A stretch of 64,000 nt of DNA from Conger conger (taxonomy: Eukaryota). Each line of letters begins with the position of its first letter. The stretch's first letter is position 1. The DNA is taken from contig NC_083776.1 of the NCBI RefSeq assembly GCF_963514075.1, forward strand, positions 18,822,415 to 18,886,414, written 5' to 3'. The position numbers were made by a program, and so were the translations under genes. The notes under the pieces are model-generated. The model saw only the letters and a list, made by a program, of their open reading frames with translations. It searched no databases and was not told where the DNA came from. This document shows, piece after piece, positions 48,206-60,583 of the stretch.

Positions 48206-48604
48206 GGTGAAGAGGAGGTAAGAAAATCAATAGTTCCTCAGCTGAATGTGTATGTGAATGCATTTATATAGAAAAAGGAGTGCTGTCTGTGAATATATAG
48301 GGCACACTTAGCTTCCTACTATCTAGCGCATAAAAACTGCCATGCCGTTAGGTGGTGCAAGTGGCTGCAGGTGATCAGCAGAGGTGGAAAGTCCAGGGGT
48401 CAGGAAGTAAAAGTCCTGCCATGCGTTTTGTCCACTCATGAACTCAGCCAGTTGATTTTAGTAATTAACTCTCCCTTCTGGCTGAAGAATTGTGCTGATG
48501 AGCAAATCCAGGCGATCACAGCAAAATACTTGGGACGACTTTTACTTCCTCGATTTTCCAACTGTGGAAAGAGGATCCAGTGTTTTTCTGCTCCTTCCTT
48601 GCAG

Positions 48605-48737
48605 GCGCGAGAGCTCGTGCGGACATTTTGAAGCTGGTGGCCACGCTGCTGGTTCTCCAGATGCTGAGGCTCATGGGACTAGCTGAGGGGAAGATGCTGA
48701 AGAGCCTTCTCCGCCTGAAGGACAGCAGCACTCCCAC
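48605..48737 (+). CDS. parp4: parp4 C-terminal region exon.
   Basis: Acceptor 'ctccttccttgcag|', donor 'cccac|gtatgt'. 'GARARADILKLVATLLVLQMLRLMGLAEGKMLKSLLRLKDSSTPT' matches human 'GVKGRECLLDLIATMLVLQFIRTRLEKEGIVFKSLMKMDDPSISRN'. Confidence 0.9.
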
Positions 48738-49058
48738 GTATGTCACCTTGCGTAACTAACTGAAATTGCGCCGCCACGGTCGCAGCCACATGTCACAGCA
48801 CTGGATCCAATGTGAGCTCCCAGCTGACGCAGAACGCTCCCGCAACATTGCTGCCTAGTAGTGGCAGTGTTATGACGTAGACAAAACATTCCAGTAATGT
48901 TTTGAGAACATTTTGCGTTAGCTGGGGTGTTGTTCCTGGACGGACCAGAAACATTTGGCTGGCTTTCCTGCAGTTTGACTCATCCAGGCAAACTACATTG
49001 GTCCTTCTTGAGGAATACATGTAAAGCTCTGAACTTCTGTTCTCCGTCTATGAACCAG

Positions 49059-49308
49059 GACACTGCGAGGGCAGGCGGTGAAGAGAGCAGTGGAGTGGGT
49101 CTCCAGAGCAGACAGGCAGTACCCCTGTGTGTGCACGAGGCTGGAATTTGGCTGGGACTGGGAGTCTGGCACACGCCAGCTACTGGGGGCCGACCCGCTA
49201 CCCCCGCACTCACCTCTGCATCCTGTTCTGGAGAGAACTAAAGTACTAAAGAACAGAGAATATGTATTTCCCTTCCTGGAGTCTCTCTCCTTACCCCAAC
49301 GCCCCTAA
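49059..49308 (+). CDS. parp4: parp4 terminal coding exon (stop TAA 49306-49308). The 3'UTR continues downstream.
   Basis: Acceptor 'ctatgaaccag|'. '...GQAVKRAVEWVSRADRQYPCVCTRLEFGWDWESGTRQLLGADPLPPHSPLHPVLERTKVLKNREY...' matches the human PARP4 C-terminus 'FEAIKQASEWVRRTEGQYPSICPRLELGNDWDSATKQLLGLQPISTVSPLHRVLHYSQG'. Confidence 0.9.
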
Positions 49309-52300
49309 TAGTCCCATTTCCGCTCAAGCACCCACCACACAACTCCCCCACTCTCCTGCCTGTACCACTGCCTCTCCCCGGTCTCTTAAAGCTGTGGCTC
49401 GATAACTTCCACAACGGTCGCAATGTTGTGAAAATATTTGGAAAATTATAACACCCTTTGGCCCTAACCACAGAGAAAGAGGCACACTTTGATTGCTACT
49501 CTGCACAAGAGCGACTTTCGGCTGTGGTGTGGAAAGGAGCAGGCACCCTTTTCAGAGGAGAACCGCAGATTGCCTTTCTCTCCAGCCGGCAGCAGGGGCC
49601 TTATATAACCACACATAGTTTGCAAATTGGACATTTCAAATTCAGGCCAAATTTGAAGGGAGGTCCCATATTGTATGAATGACATTTACCTTGCTATGTG
49701 GATTATAGAGGAGTTGAAGATTGTTATAAAAACACTGTGAAACATTTAAAAAAGCATTTAAACGAACCGGTTGGACTTCCGTGAAATTGTGTCATCAGAA
49801 CAATATGCTCGTTTGCTTGTGTTGCTTGTGCTCAGCACACATGGCTTTTAGTTCTTTGGAGCTAGCCAATCAGAACAGATGTTCATTGATATCAATGAGC
49901 CTTGAAGACAGTCACTAAAACAGCCTGTTCTTGGTAAAGCTCATGAGAAGCGCTGGAGATTGGAAATGTAAAACTGCAGAGAGAGATTTTGGTTCTTAAA
50001 ACCACACAAACATCTTATTATGCATATCAATACCTACACTAAAACACTAGAAAGGTGTACAGTATGGGGCCTAAAAGAATTTGGCCTGAATTCTTGATTT
50101 CAAATGTATAATTTGAGGGTATAAACACAGAATATGCTGCTGGATTTCTTCTCTCACAACAGCTGTTTCTACGATTGCTACCAGTTATGGATGACCGTTC
50201 CCTGATATCTTTCAGCTTTAACTCTCCGACCCTTCCTATCCCCAATCTTTTTCTCATCTCATTCATGATAAAACATGCAGCAAAAGTGCACTCAATCTTT
50301 CACGATTCCATTCTTACCATATACTGGCCCTAATTCATACTTCATATATACAAGTGATCCTTTCGATATCTTAATACACTCTGAATCTCTCTTTTAATAT
50401 GTGTTTCAAGCTACATAAATGTTTTGGTCTGTCAGTAATTCATAGTTTGCACAATAAGTATCCTGTTTTTAATCTAAAATATGTGCACTTATTACTTACT
50501 GGGGCTACTTGGTGGCTTATTTGGTTAAGGTACCACATTGTGGCGCATGGATGACCCCCATGATTTCCATGATCACCAATTGCACTGGGTGATGTGCAAT
50601 TAGTGATTTTGCCGGCCAGAGTACAGGAGGGTTCAGTCAGTTCACTCTCTAGCGCCCCCCCCTCTGGTCGTACGACCGCTTGTGAGCTACTGCCAAAGGC
50701 ATATATGAATGGTGTTCCTCCAGCTCAATTAAAGCTGAGCAGGGCTGGTGACACCGTGTGTTTTGGAGGAGAACTGCAGTTGTCTACACTCAGCACTGGG
50801 TCTCCAAATTAGGGTGGGAATTGGATATGTACAGCCCTACTTGGATGCCATATAAATAATAATAAAAAAATAAAAATAAAAATAAAAAACTTTTACGTGC
50901 TGAGAAAGGACAGGAACATAGAGTGAAGAATGTGAGAGTGAGCACACATATCTTAATCGATTGTATGATTTCTGTTACTTTTTTCATACAGCATTTATTT
51001 AGTGTAAGGTCGAGGAAAGACCAAAAAACACACTGATTCTGTGTCTAATTTTAGCTGTTTTACCACCCTCAGTATGCAAAGTCTTGAATTCTGCCTTGAA
51101 TTGTATGTGAAATGTATGTAAGATGTATAGGTCCCTGTGTATTACTGTTTACTAAACATCTGAAATGCAAATACAGTACATCTGGAGAATTGGTATAAAG
51201 AAAACATCCTAAGCATCAAAGCTATTTATTTGTATAGTAGGAGCATTTCAGCTTCGAAACAGTCCTCCCAGATCCGAGTATGGCTGGCAAAATTGGGCTG
51301 CTGCTCCAAGCGTTCCTGATCGCCTCGGAATCACGGACTGGGGCTAGAGACAGTACAGCTTGAAGAAGGCATGTCTTTCTCATTTCGGTGACCAGGGGGC
51401 AGGGTGTAGTAGTGTTTCCTCAGCAGTACATGGGAATTGATCGGAAAAAATCATAAAGAAACAAATTTTAAAAATAGAAATGTAGGCGGCAGGGTGTGGC
51501 TGTGGGAGCCACAGGGCTATTGATACACTTGATAAAAGAAGAGCCCTGCCACAAGGCAATTAGACTTTGTAGAACAAGCTTTCGTGTGTGCTGGCCTGGT
51601 CATAGAGTGGGAAAATGTTGGGAAGGATTTCAGATTAATATCCTAATATAGTTAATATGATGCATAAATTTACATTTTTGTATACGCATTCTTTATGTGC
51701 AAAAACATCCATTAAAATGTACTATCTCATTGGTTGACTTTGTTTGTTGTATTGTAGATTATAATTGTTCATAATTAAGACATAGTGGGTGATTCTTTGC
51801 TAAGTGTTGCAAATGACCTGAGAAAATGCTTAAAAACGATTATTACTATTATAAACTACTATTTTCCTACCAATTTCAGATTCTTTTAATAATTCACATA
51901 TTTTAACACTCATTCATGTCTGTGACGTTACCATCGCTTATGATATTACCCATTAGTCTGCATAGTGTTACTCACTGTCTGTGGTGTTACCATAGCGTAT
52001 GAAACGACGTAAAGATTTTTGAAAACAATTCGTTTCATGTGCCCTTGCCCTTTTTACTAGTTTACTATATTCGTGCTTAAAATCCTGTGTGATGAGTAAA
52101 GATGAGTAACTTTAAGGAAATCAAAGACTGTTTAAATAATATATTGATCTTTTGTTCTTCAAGGACACCCATTTATAGTATCATAAATATTAAAAGCTGA
52201 AGCTTTTTCCAAATAAATTCAAGCTATGTTTTGGGTTTTTCTATATTGGGTATATGGGTATATACCAATATAGAAAAACTGTATGTTATCTAATAAAATA

Positions 52301-53539
52301 TTGAAAATTGCAGGCTAATAATTGGTAGTAACACCACAGACATCACTGCCTATAAAGCCGCTGCTTTTCAGCTGGAGTAAACGCCATCCAAAACAAGTGA
52401 TAAAGTGACAACGTATTTGTCTGATTCTGCTCATATGAGATATGTTGTCGATATATACAATCTGTTCTGCTAAGATAGGCAAGGATCTTAAACTAATAGT
52501 TGAGCCATGTATATCATATATCACTTTTACATTACATTGCATTACGCTATACTTCTCATAAGATACAAGGAGATAATTTATCCGTAGGCTAAATATTGCG
52601 CATGGTTAAGCTATTTGGGCTCAATCTCCCACAACATGCAAATTAATGGTAATGGTAAATACAGGTCTGATTTGCAATTTTACATACTTTACATAAGTTT
52701 TTTTCGAATTTTATGTGAGATGTTTACAGTAAAAAGGCAAATTATGCAGCATTGTTTTAAAAAAAATGCGGCACTTTTCTGATTTTGCGTTGAATTAGTT
52801 ACAGTATAATATAAAAGAGGCAATTTTTGCTAAAGAACATGTGGAGACTATTCACTGGGCTATCAATTATTATTTTACATCAAAAACCTGTTCGGTATTG
52901 TACATCAGTAACACCATAGACATCAACTGACAAATAACACAATGAAAGTGTGACAAAAACATGAAAAAATGATTTCATGTTTATGGTCAAATAAAGCTTA
53001 AAGTCAAATAAAGCTTACCTACGTACCTACGTTGCGCTTCAAATGTCAGGACACCGTTGAATGATCCTCAAACAGGAAGGTCAAAATTGTTTCCTATTAT
53101 TCTTAAAGTGAAACTGACTGCTGAGTAACACCACGGACATCAAATCTGCGGACACATTTTAATATAATATTGTGTAATGCATTTTTTCTTTTTAAAATTT
53201 TTGATCATGAGTAAACAAGATTTTAATTTCTTACTTTTATTTTGACCAAAAGAAATCCTTCCAAAAATAAGGTTTATGTGGTTTAATTGGAATTAGCTAC
53301 ATTGCAAACGCCTGGCTCCGGACATGATGTTTGTAGTTGTATGAAAATCATCCAAATTGAAAATTATAATTTGTTCCCAGACGTAATTAAACACGAATCT
53401 ACAATTTATCTTAGAATAACGAAATATATAAGTTGCTTTGTGAAAGTTCCCGGACACAGCTTGCAACAAAGAATCCCCATAATTCTACGATACCTGTATT
53501 TTTATACATTTTATATGGTTGGCTTTCGGAGGGGCCTTT

Positions 53540-53770
53540 CACTACAAACGTTGCTATGATTGGCTGACAAAAGACCGGAATCCCACGCCCCCTCAGACAA
53601 CCAACCGCCCAGTTCTCTCACGATCCTGTCGCTGAAAAACAGTGCATCTTGCAGTCTGGGTGCGGTAGCGAACAGTCTTTAGAGGGCTTAAGTTTGATAA
53701 AGATAAGGTAAAATAAGTAAATGTAACACTGCTCACTACAACGCAAAGAAACAATCAAACCGATCAAAAT
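53540..53770 (+). promoter_or_regulatory. mphosph8: Putative mphosph8 core promoter / 5'UTR. It has an inverted CCAAT box ('gattggctg', about 53548-53556) and no TATA box.
   Basis: It lies immediately upstream of ATG 53769 and the sequence is unique. An inverted CCAAT box 60-220 bp upstream of the TSS is typical of TATA-less housekeeping promoters. The TSS itself is not determinable from sequence. Confidence 0.35.
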
Positions 53771-53876
53771 GGGGGAAGCGGCCAACGGAGCCGAAAGGTT
53801 TGAACCTGGAGACAGCGAGCAAGACGAGGAGGATGTATACGAGGTGGAGAGTATTATTGACATGCGTATGGGGGAG
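53600..53876 (+). CDS. mphosph8: mphosph8 exon 1. The 5'UTR start is approximate; the CDS runs 53769-53876 (MGEAANGAERFEPGDSEQDEEDVYEVESIIDMRMGE).
   Basis: ATG at 53769 in Kozak-like context 'caaaATGg'. The donor is 'ggggag|gtgagt'. The peptide matches the human MPP8 chromodomain N-half 'EDVFEVEKILDMKTEGG'. There is an inverted CCAAT box 'gattggctg' at about 53548. Confidence 0.8.
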
Positions 53877-55253
53877 GTGAGTAATGTACCAAGGGTTTGC
53901 CTGATCTTGGCAACAGCGAGTTGTAGCAGCGTTTCTGCCACGACGTTTTTGCTAGTAAACTTCGGAAAGCGCAATGGAAATGCCCGAAGGCCCTCGTGGC
54001 GAGGCGAATTTGTTCAGAGTTTCAGCACTTAATGTTAGACATAACGTTACTTTTCTGTTTACTGTGGAGAATGTTTCTCTCGTATGTGCTTGTTTATTTC
54101 GTTAGCTATGTTAGCTGGATCGGTCCATTGACTCACATTTCATATAGCCTACGTGGAGTTTCTCTGCAAGTTAGCTAAATTAAAGCGTGACTAGTTACCA
54201 AAACAACTGCCGGGTGATTGGCGTCTTTGGCTAACCTAGCTTTTAGCGAGACTAGTTAACTGGGAGCGCGATATTGGCAACTTAGTTTGCAAATCGGTGT
54301 TGTGGTACTTAAATTGGCTAGCTTGCTAGCTATTTGTAGCTTACTTTAGCTAGCTAGGCTAAGTTATATTTGTGAAATGTAACGCGTATATCTAGGTAAC
54401 TGCTTGTTATTGGTGAACTGTGAAGTAGCAATAGCTAACGTTTGGAGTGAGTGTGCTTTAAATTGATGATGGGTAGAATAACTTAAATTAGGTAGATTAA
54501 AATAGCTAGCTAACCCAGTAAATAGTGTTTTGCTAGCTAATGCAGCAAACCGGTGTGTGCACACCTTGAGTTTCTATTAATATTCAAGCAGTTAGCGATA
54601 CGGGTTTGTTATTTTTTTATTATCGATAACGTTACAGACCCTGATGATAAGGTTACTAACGTTGACATTGCTATGTAAACTTATCTTGTTACAAGTGGAT
54701 ATATGAGCTAATGTAGTGTCGTAGCTAGCTGGTTTCATTTTATATTTCGCGAGGCATCAATTTTCAAGATAAATATGTTTAATCAGTACCTTAACGTTAC
54801 TGCCCATTAATTGTATTGCAAGAGGAATTGTTTCAAACTATCATAAGCTGCACCCATTAACTTGACATGCATGAACCTAAAGCTAACACGACACGTGCAT
54901 CCACTATAGTAGCTAGCTAATTCTAATAATATCGATTTACTGCTGCTATAACATTGGTTTCTGTTTGTCTAATGCCCAACAACATTTGGTTCACATTAAA
55001 TAAAATGCAAAGTATGTATATATCAAATAGACACATTTCACAAGTTCCGGTGTAAAATCTTTTAAAGTTGTCTTGCATATGACCGGCTAACCCATAAGTT
55101 GTGTGCCCAATGTGCTTGTCTTTGTTTTGGAATCACAGAAAGACATTTCTTTAAAAAATTAAAGGGATAATTCCATAATGCATAATGAATTCCGCATAGT
55201 TCAACATAGGGCAGACACAACTGCTTTACGTTCTCACCCTGTAACCCAGGGAT

Positions 55254-55447
55254 GTCAAACGCCAGTCCTGGAGGGCCGCAGTGTCTGCTGGTATTTGTGG
55301 TTTCCCTTCAACCAGTAGCCAATTAAGTCCTTGAGAACAAGGTCGGTGGACTCTTTAGCCAATGAAAGACTTAATGAAATTAATCTCTCATGCTGACGCA
55401 CACCAAAAACCAGCAGACACTGTGGCCCTCCAGGACTGGAGTTTGAC
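55254..55447. mobile_element. Hairpin MITE (about 194 bp) made almost entirely of two 38-bp inverted arms.
   Basis: 'gtcaaacgccagtcctggagggccgcagtgtctgctgg' (55254-55291) is the reverse complement of 'ccagcagacactgtggccctccaggactggagtttgac' (55410-55447). Confidence 0.7.
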
Positions 55448-56622
55448 ACCTGTGCTGTAACCTATTCCCCCAACCCCACAAAATCCAAGCGTTCACTGGA
55501 GTGAAACCACTGCCTCTGCTGGGTACTGAGCAGTGAGACTGGGACCTTCAGTCATCACAAACATCAGAATGAATCGCCCTTTATAGTTGTGGTGATAATT
55601 GAGTGCACAGCTTCCAATTAATCAACACAAGGCAGCACTTTGTGTTGTAGTTTGAGAGTTGAGCCATATAGATGCCTGCTGCAAAATGCCACAGCCTTGG
55701 CAGTTGTAAGGTTGTAGAAAGAGTGCATTACGAGTGTGCTGTAGCAGCACTGCTTAGTTATTTTGGCCCAGGATGCCAAAATGTGACCTGGATGGTCTCT
55801 GCAAAAACAGCAAAAGAGCAGTGTGTCTGGACATGCCTGACAGAAGAGGCTGACCGATTGGCTATCCAGTGATGGCGGTACATAAAAACAAGGTTGTTAC
55901 TATGCTGCTGCAACAGTCCCTTCCTTGTGTGATGTCACGGTTGCATGTTGGAAAATGCTAGGCTATGTCCTGGATGAGCAGGGTGCATTTCTCACAAATG
56001 CTGTGACCTTGGGCTGCTACAACACTGCTCATCAGTGTGTGATTAATCTCTCCACAGTCTAATATTTAATTCTGACGTGGCTGTGGTGACTGTGCCATCA
56101 TAACTGTCTGTAGCGCTGCCCAGGAGAGGAGGCTACCTGTGTGCGTGGTATCTCACCTTCCCCAGGTACCGACAGACTGTCCGGTTTGGGCCACGGACTG
56201 CGCAGGGAAAACGAGGGGCAGCGAGTGCCCACGAGGAGGCCTTGCCTCGCGCCCGCAAAGAGACAGAGGCCATTTCAGCGATCAGATGGGCCTGTGATCA
56301 TTACCACACATTCAAATGGAACTCAGAAGTGTGAAAGGAGTTCTCTGAGAGACGGACTGAAGGGGGAAGGGGGTTCTTTGAAGTTAGACACGGGATATAT
56401 GATCTTTAGGACACTGACAGTGGTGCACCATAATGCTGTGGAGTAGGCCCTGTTGGGTTCAGAAGGGAAAATCCACCCTTCTCTTGTAATAAGGAGGCAA
56501 TCCAATCAGGAAAACTCTTGACACTAGATGTAATTATGAGAGACTATTTTTGCAGTACACCCGCTGACAGTCATCACTGTACTAAAAAAAGCATCCTATG
56601 TACCCTGTAAGAGGGACTGTGT

Positions 56623-56735
<113 letters not shown>

Positions 56736-58783
56736 AGAGTTTCAAGGTCAAAAACCTCATTAAGTACAAACCTGTTTTTTGCAATCAAGGAGCTGGAACT
56801 TCCTGGCCTGTGACATAACATCTGCCTCCCACGTTTACTCAGTCATTCATATAAAAGATAGACATAATGCTGATGAGAACGCATAATTATAGAACATTAT
56901 AATTGAAGGGGGAAAAAAAGCAATATAATAAGAATAATAATAAGAACAACAACATTAACTCATCAGCACACAAGAGCAAGCAATGTTTTGGATACGTCTT
57001 GGTGATGGCTTAATTATTAATGCCGTGTTTGCATTGCCATGGTGATGTTTGCAGTACTGCACTACGCCCTTCTTTGTCTTCAGTGCCAAGAGCGATCTTC
57101 TATTCATCACTGACAACACTTTGGTTTCACATTGAACATGGAACAACCAGTTTGGTAGAGAAAGCAGTGCTGGTTCTTGTACATAGCTTGACACTGGAAG
57201 CAGCACTCGTTCGTGTAACGTCGCTGCAGTCGCAGAGAAGAGGGATGCGGTGTGCTGATGGGATAGGAGGTCAACAGCTAGCCTAAACGGAGCTGGGGGC
57301 TCTGGACTTCTACTCCCAGCATGCCGAGCTGGACCTCTAGTCCCACTGTCATCAGTTTACTGAGTAGTGTGTGAGTGTGAGTGTGAGATTAGATCGTTTC
57401 ACATGCATTCTCTCAAAGCACTAAGTGCATAACCTGTGCTTTAAAATGTGTTTGTGGCATTGGCCATGTGTGCCTTACTGAAAGTTCATGTTGGTGTAGG
57501 GCTCTAGGCAAACTTTTTTGTTTGTTTGTGTGTGTGTTATATGGTGTGCATGTGTGTGTAAGCCCTGCTGCCCTGTGCCAGAGAAGCTCAGTTGTCTCGG
57601 CGCCTCAGGGGGAGGAGCCGGCACTGTAGCCCCAGACAGGAAGTCCTGGCAGGCTGCCACACCCAATCAGAGCTCGGCTGTCTGTCTACTGGGCCCTGCG
57701 AGGATCCAGGGGCCTCCTTAGACTACAAGAGGGGGAGGGGAGGGGCACAGTCTGGGAGGGGCTCTTTCATATGGAGGGTGGTGGTGTACAGGAAGTTGGC
57801 ATGTTGGATCACCTGCCTACTGGTGTTCTTGCCAGGGCGCCACCTAGAGGCCTGAGCGAGTGATTCTTATTACCGCTCGATGACTGCGGCCCATTGTTAG
57901 CTCTGTACCATGTGAAGCCAACACTGCCTGAGTGCCAGTCTAGTCAGGGCTACTCCAGCAGCTGCCTGCAGACAAAGAGAACTGACAGTACTGCTGGCGG
58001 TTTCTGTGCAACATGGCAAATATCAGAATAGTTTCTGAAATTTCCCTGGTACAAACCCCCCGGGCCGGGTGTAGACGCGGGAAGGCTTTAATCACAGCTC
58101 GCAGGCTCTGTTAAAAGGACGTCGCAAAAATCAAAGGCCACACCAGCATCTTTTGAACTCTTTGTTTCTGCGTTGCGTAATCGCAGCGTGCGACTTCGCG
58201 TTCATAGGATTCTCAGTAAACCGCCATTGAAACGGGAAAGACCGGAGAAAGGCTTTCAAGTTGCTCTCATTATTCTTTCAAGAGCTGGTTATTTTGATTT
58301 CCATTTCGACTGACGGCGGACTCATTTTCACGTTCAACTAAATACAACCTTCTACACTGGGTGTCTTTATATAGAAGTTGCAGAACATATACAGTATTTA
58401 TCCAGACAGAATATTGTCCCGTCAGGGGTACAGTACATAGCTACACAAAGAATAATACATGTTACACACATTCTTTGACACATTAATTTAATTACTCAAG
58501 CAAATGCCCATCAGATAAAGTGCCCGTGTATAAGGGTTTATTGTACTGCTCTGTTTTGACCAAATAAAGAACAAAGAAAAGAGAAAAGCCTTGGAGTGCC
58601 TCCACTTTCTAATGTAATTTTTTTTTTAAAGAAAAGGAAAACGGTCATAATCCATATAAACAATGTGAAATTATATTGTTGTATCAAGCCACTCACTGTT
58701 AGCCACTCACTGTTTGAATGCACTTATGGAGTTAATAAAGATTTTTATTTTTTATTACCTTTGACACATTTGTCCCACGTGTA

Positions 58784-58968
58784 GGGGTGACCTGTAGCGT
58801 GCGTAGCGGTTAAGGTAAATCACTGGGACACGCAAGGTTGTTGGTTCTAATCCACAATAAGATCCGCACAGCCATTGGGCCCTTGAGCAAGGCCCTTAAC
58901 CCTGTATTACTTAGTCTAATCAACTGTATGTCACTCTGGATAAGAGTGTCTGCCAAATGCCAATAATG
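58784..58968 (+). mobile_element. tRNA-derived SINE (family B) copy with an internal deletion.
   Basis: Homologous to 47964-48205. Confidence 0.75.
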
Positions 58969-59464
58969 TTTATCAGTCTCGAAAATGAGTGCCAAGAGGA
59001 GGATGTGTGGGGAGTTTCCAAGAGTCTGTAAACAATTACTTCATGATGCTGGTGCCAACCAATAAACATCAACCTATGTTATTAAGAATTGTGAAATAAT
59101 TGTGGCGCGGTGAAAAGAGACACCTGTTGGGAGGAAATAAGCCTGTTTGGAAACTGTGTAAAGCCTGTCTGTAACTGAATGGATTTTGGGTCACTGCAGA
59201 GACACCATGGCTTTATGATCTCCACTTGAAGAATAAAGTCTGATATTCTGGAAGATTCTGCCTCATCCCCTTTATTGAAAATCTTAAAAGAAATTCAACA
59301 CAAAGTCTGGAAAATCTTTTTGGTTGGAAAACCACAACAATATATTTAGCAAAGCAGAATACTTAACCTGAGCCACTTAGAATAAGACAATAGGCTAAAT
59401 GCTACTACTGCTTCAGATTACTACAAGGATCATATTAATGTACATATAGTAGTAATGTGTTGTA

Positions 59465-59700
59465 AATGGGAAATGGACGGCATTTATATAATGCTTTTTA
59501 TCCAAAGCGCTTTACAATTGTCTCTCATTCACCCATTCACACACAGTCGCACACCAACGGCGACTGGCTGCCATGCAAGGCACCAACCAGCTCGTCGGGA
59601 GCAATTGGGGGTTTGATATCTTGCTCAGGGTCACTCCCAGGGACACACCCTGGGCAGGGGATTTAACTGGCAACCTTCCGACTGCCAGGTGACCGATGTC
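59465..59700 (-). mobile_element. SINE family C copy (minus), in mphosph8 intron 1 just upstream of exon 2.
   Basis: Reverse complement of the family C consensus. Confidence 0.7.
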
Positions 59701-59774
59701 TAATGTCGTGTTGTGACGTGTCCCACCCCTGTGTTCTCTGGTTTTTAATTCTCCTGACCCCCCCCCCCCCCCAG

Positions 59775-59924
59775 GGTGAGATCCTGTACCGCGTGCGGTG
59801 GAAGAACTACACCGCCGAGGAGGACACGTGGGAGCCGGAGGCCAACCTGGAGGACTGCATGGAGGTGCTCCTGGCCTTCAGGAAGAAGGTGACGGAGAGC
59901 AAGGCCATGAAAGAGGTGCCTGCG
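59775..59924 (+). CDS. mphosph8: mphosph8 exon 2 (second half of the chromodomain).
   Basis: Acceptor '(c)12ag|ggt', donor 'cctgcg|gtgagt'. 'GEILYRVRWKNYTAEEDTWEPEANLEDCMEVLLAFRKKVTESKAMKEVPA' matches human MPP8 'GKVLYKVRWKGYTSDDDTWEPEIHLEDCKEVLLEFRKKIAENKAKAVRKDIQ'. Confidence 0.9.
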
Positions 59925-60515
59925 GTGAGTGTCAAAAGCCACAGCATCCCGGGAGGCGCGGGTGAGGTCGGCCAGGCTGATTCCTGAGGCGCCTACCTGA
60001 TTGGTCCCCGCTCTATTTGCCGCTGTGTGATTGTGTTCTGAGGTAGGCAGCTGTTCTGTTTGGGGTCGTGTGTTAGTCTGCAGCACTTGAGCTTGTGGGA
60101 AGCTCACTGCGGTTCACCAGTAGGGACTTTCTTGCATAACGGAGCAGCCAGACTGCAGCTATTGGCTCACCAAGTCCTGATTGTACACTGAGGCTGTGGA
60201 GCTGTTAGTACTTGTTGTTGTAATGGTCTAGTGGAAATGTGACAGGAATGTGAAGCTTGTGAGGAACGGAGCCAGGGTGACCAGAGTGCCGTATCATGCA
60301 GGCACTGCGAAGCTCAGCCCCCCCAGCTGACCCGACCCAAACCTCGCAGCCCTCGCTAAGCCCCTCTGTTGGGTCAGGCCGCTCCCTCTGGGCCGCACCC
60401 TAACCCTGTTAAATCTCTGGAAATGAAACGCAGGTGGAGGTGGTGCAGGCGGTAGGCTCTAGTGCAGTGCAGGAACGTCAGCTGGCAGTGGCGTCCAGGT
60501 GCATTGTGGAAACCC

Positions 60516-60583
60516 AGGAGGAGAAGGAGGAGAAGGAGGAGAAGGAGGAGAAGGAGGAGGAGAAGGAGGAGGAGGAGCAGGTG
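60516..60583. repeat. (GAGGAGAAG)n purine-rich trinucleotide-type repeat in mphosph8 intron 2.
   Basis: Direct reading. Confidence 0.9.
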
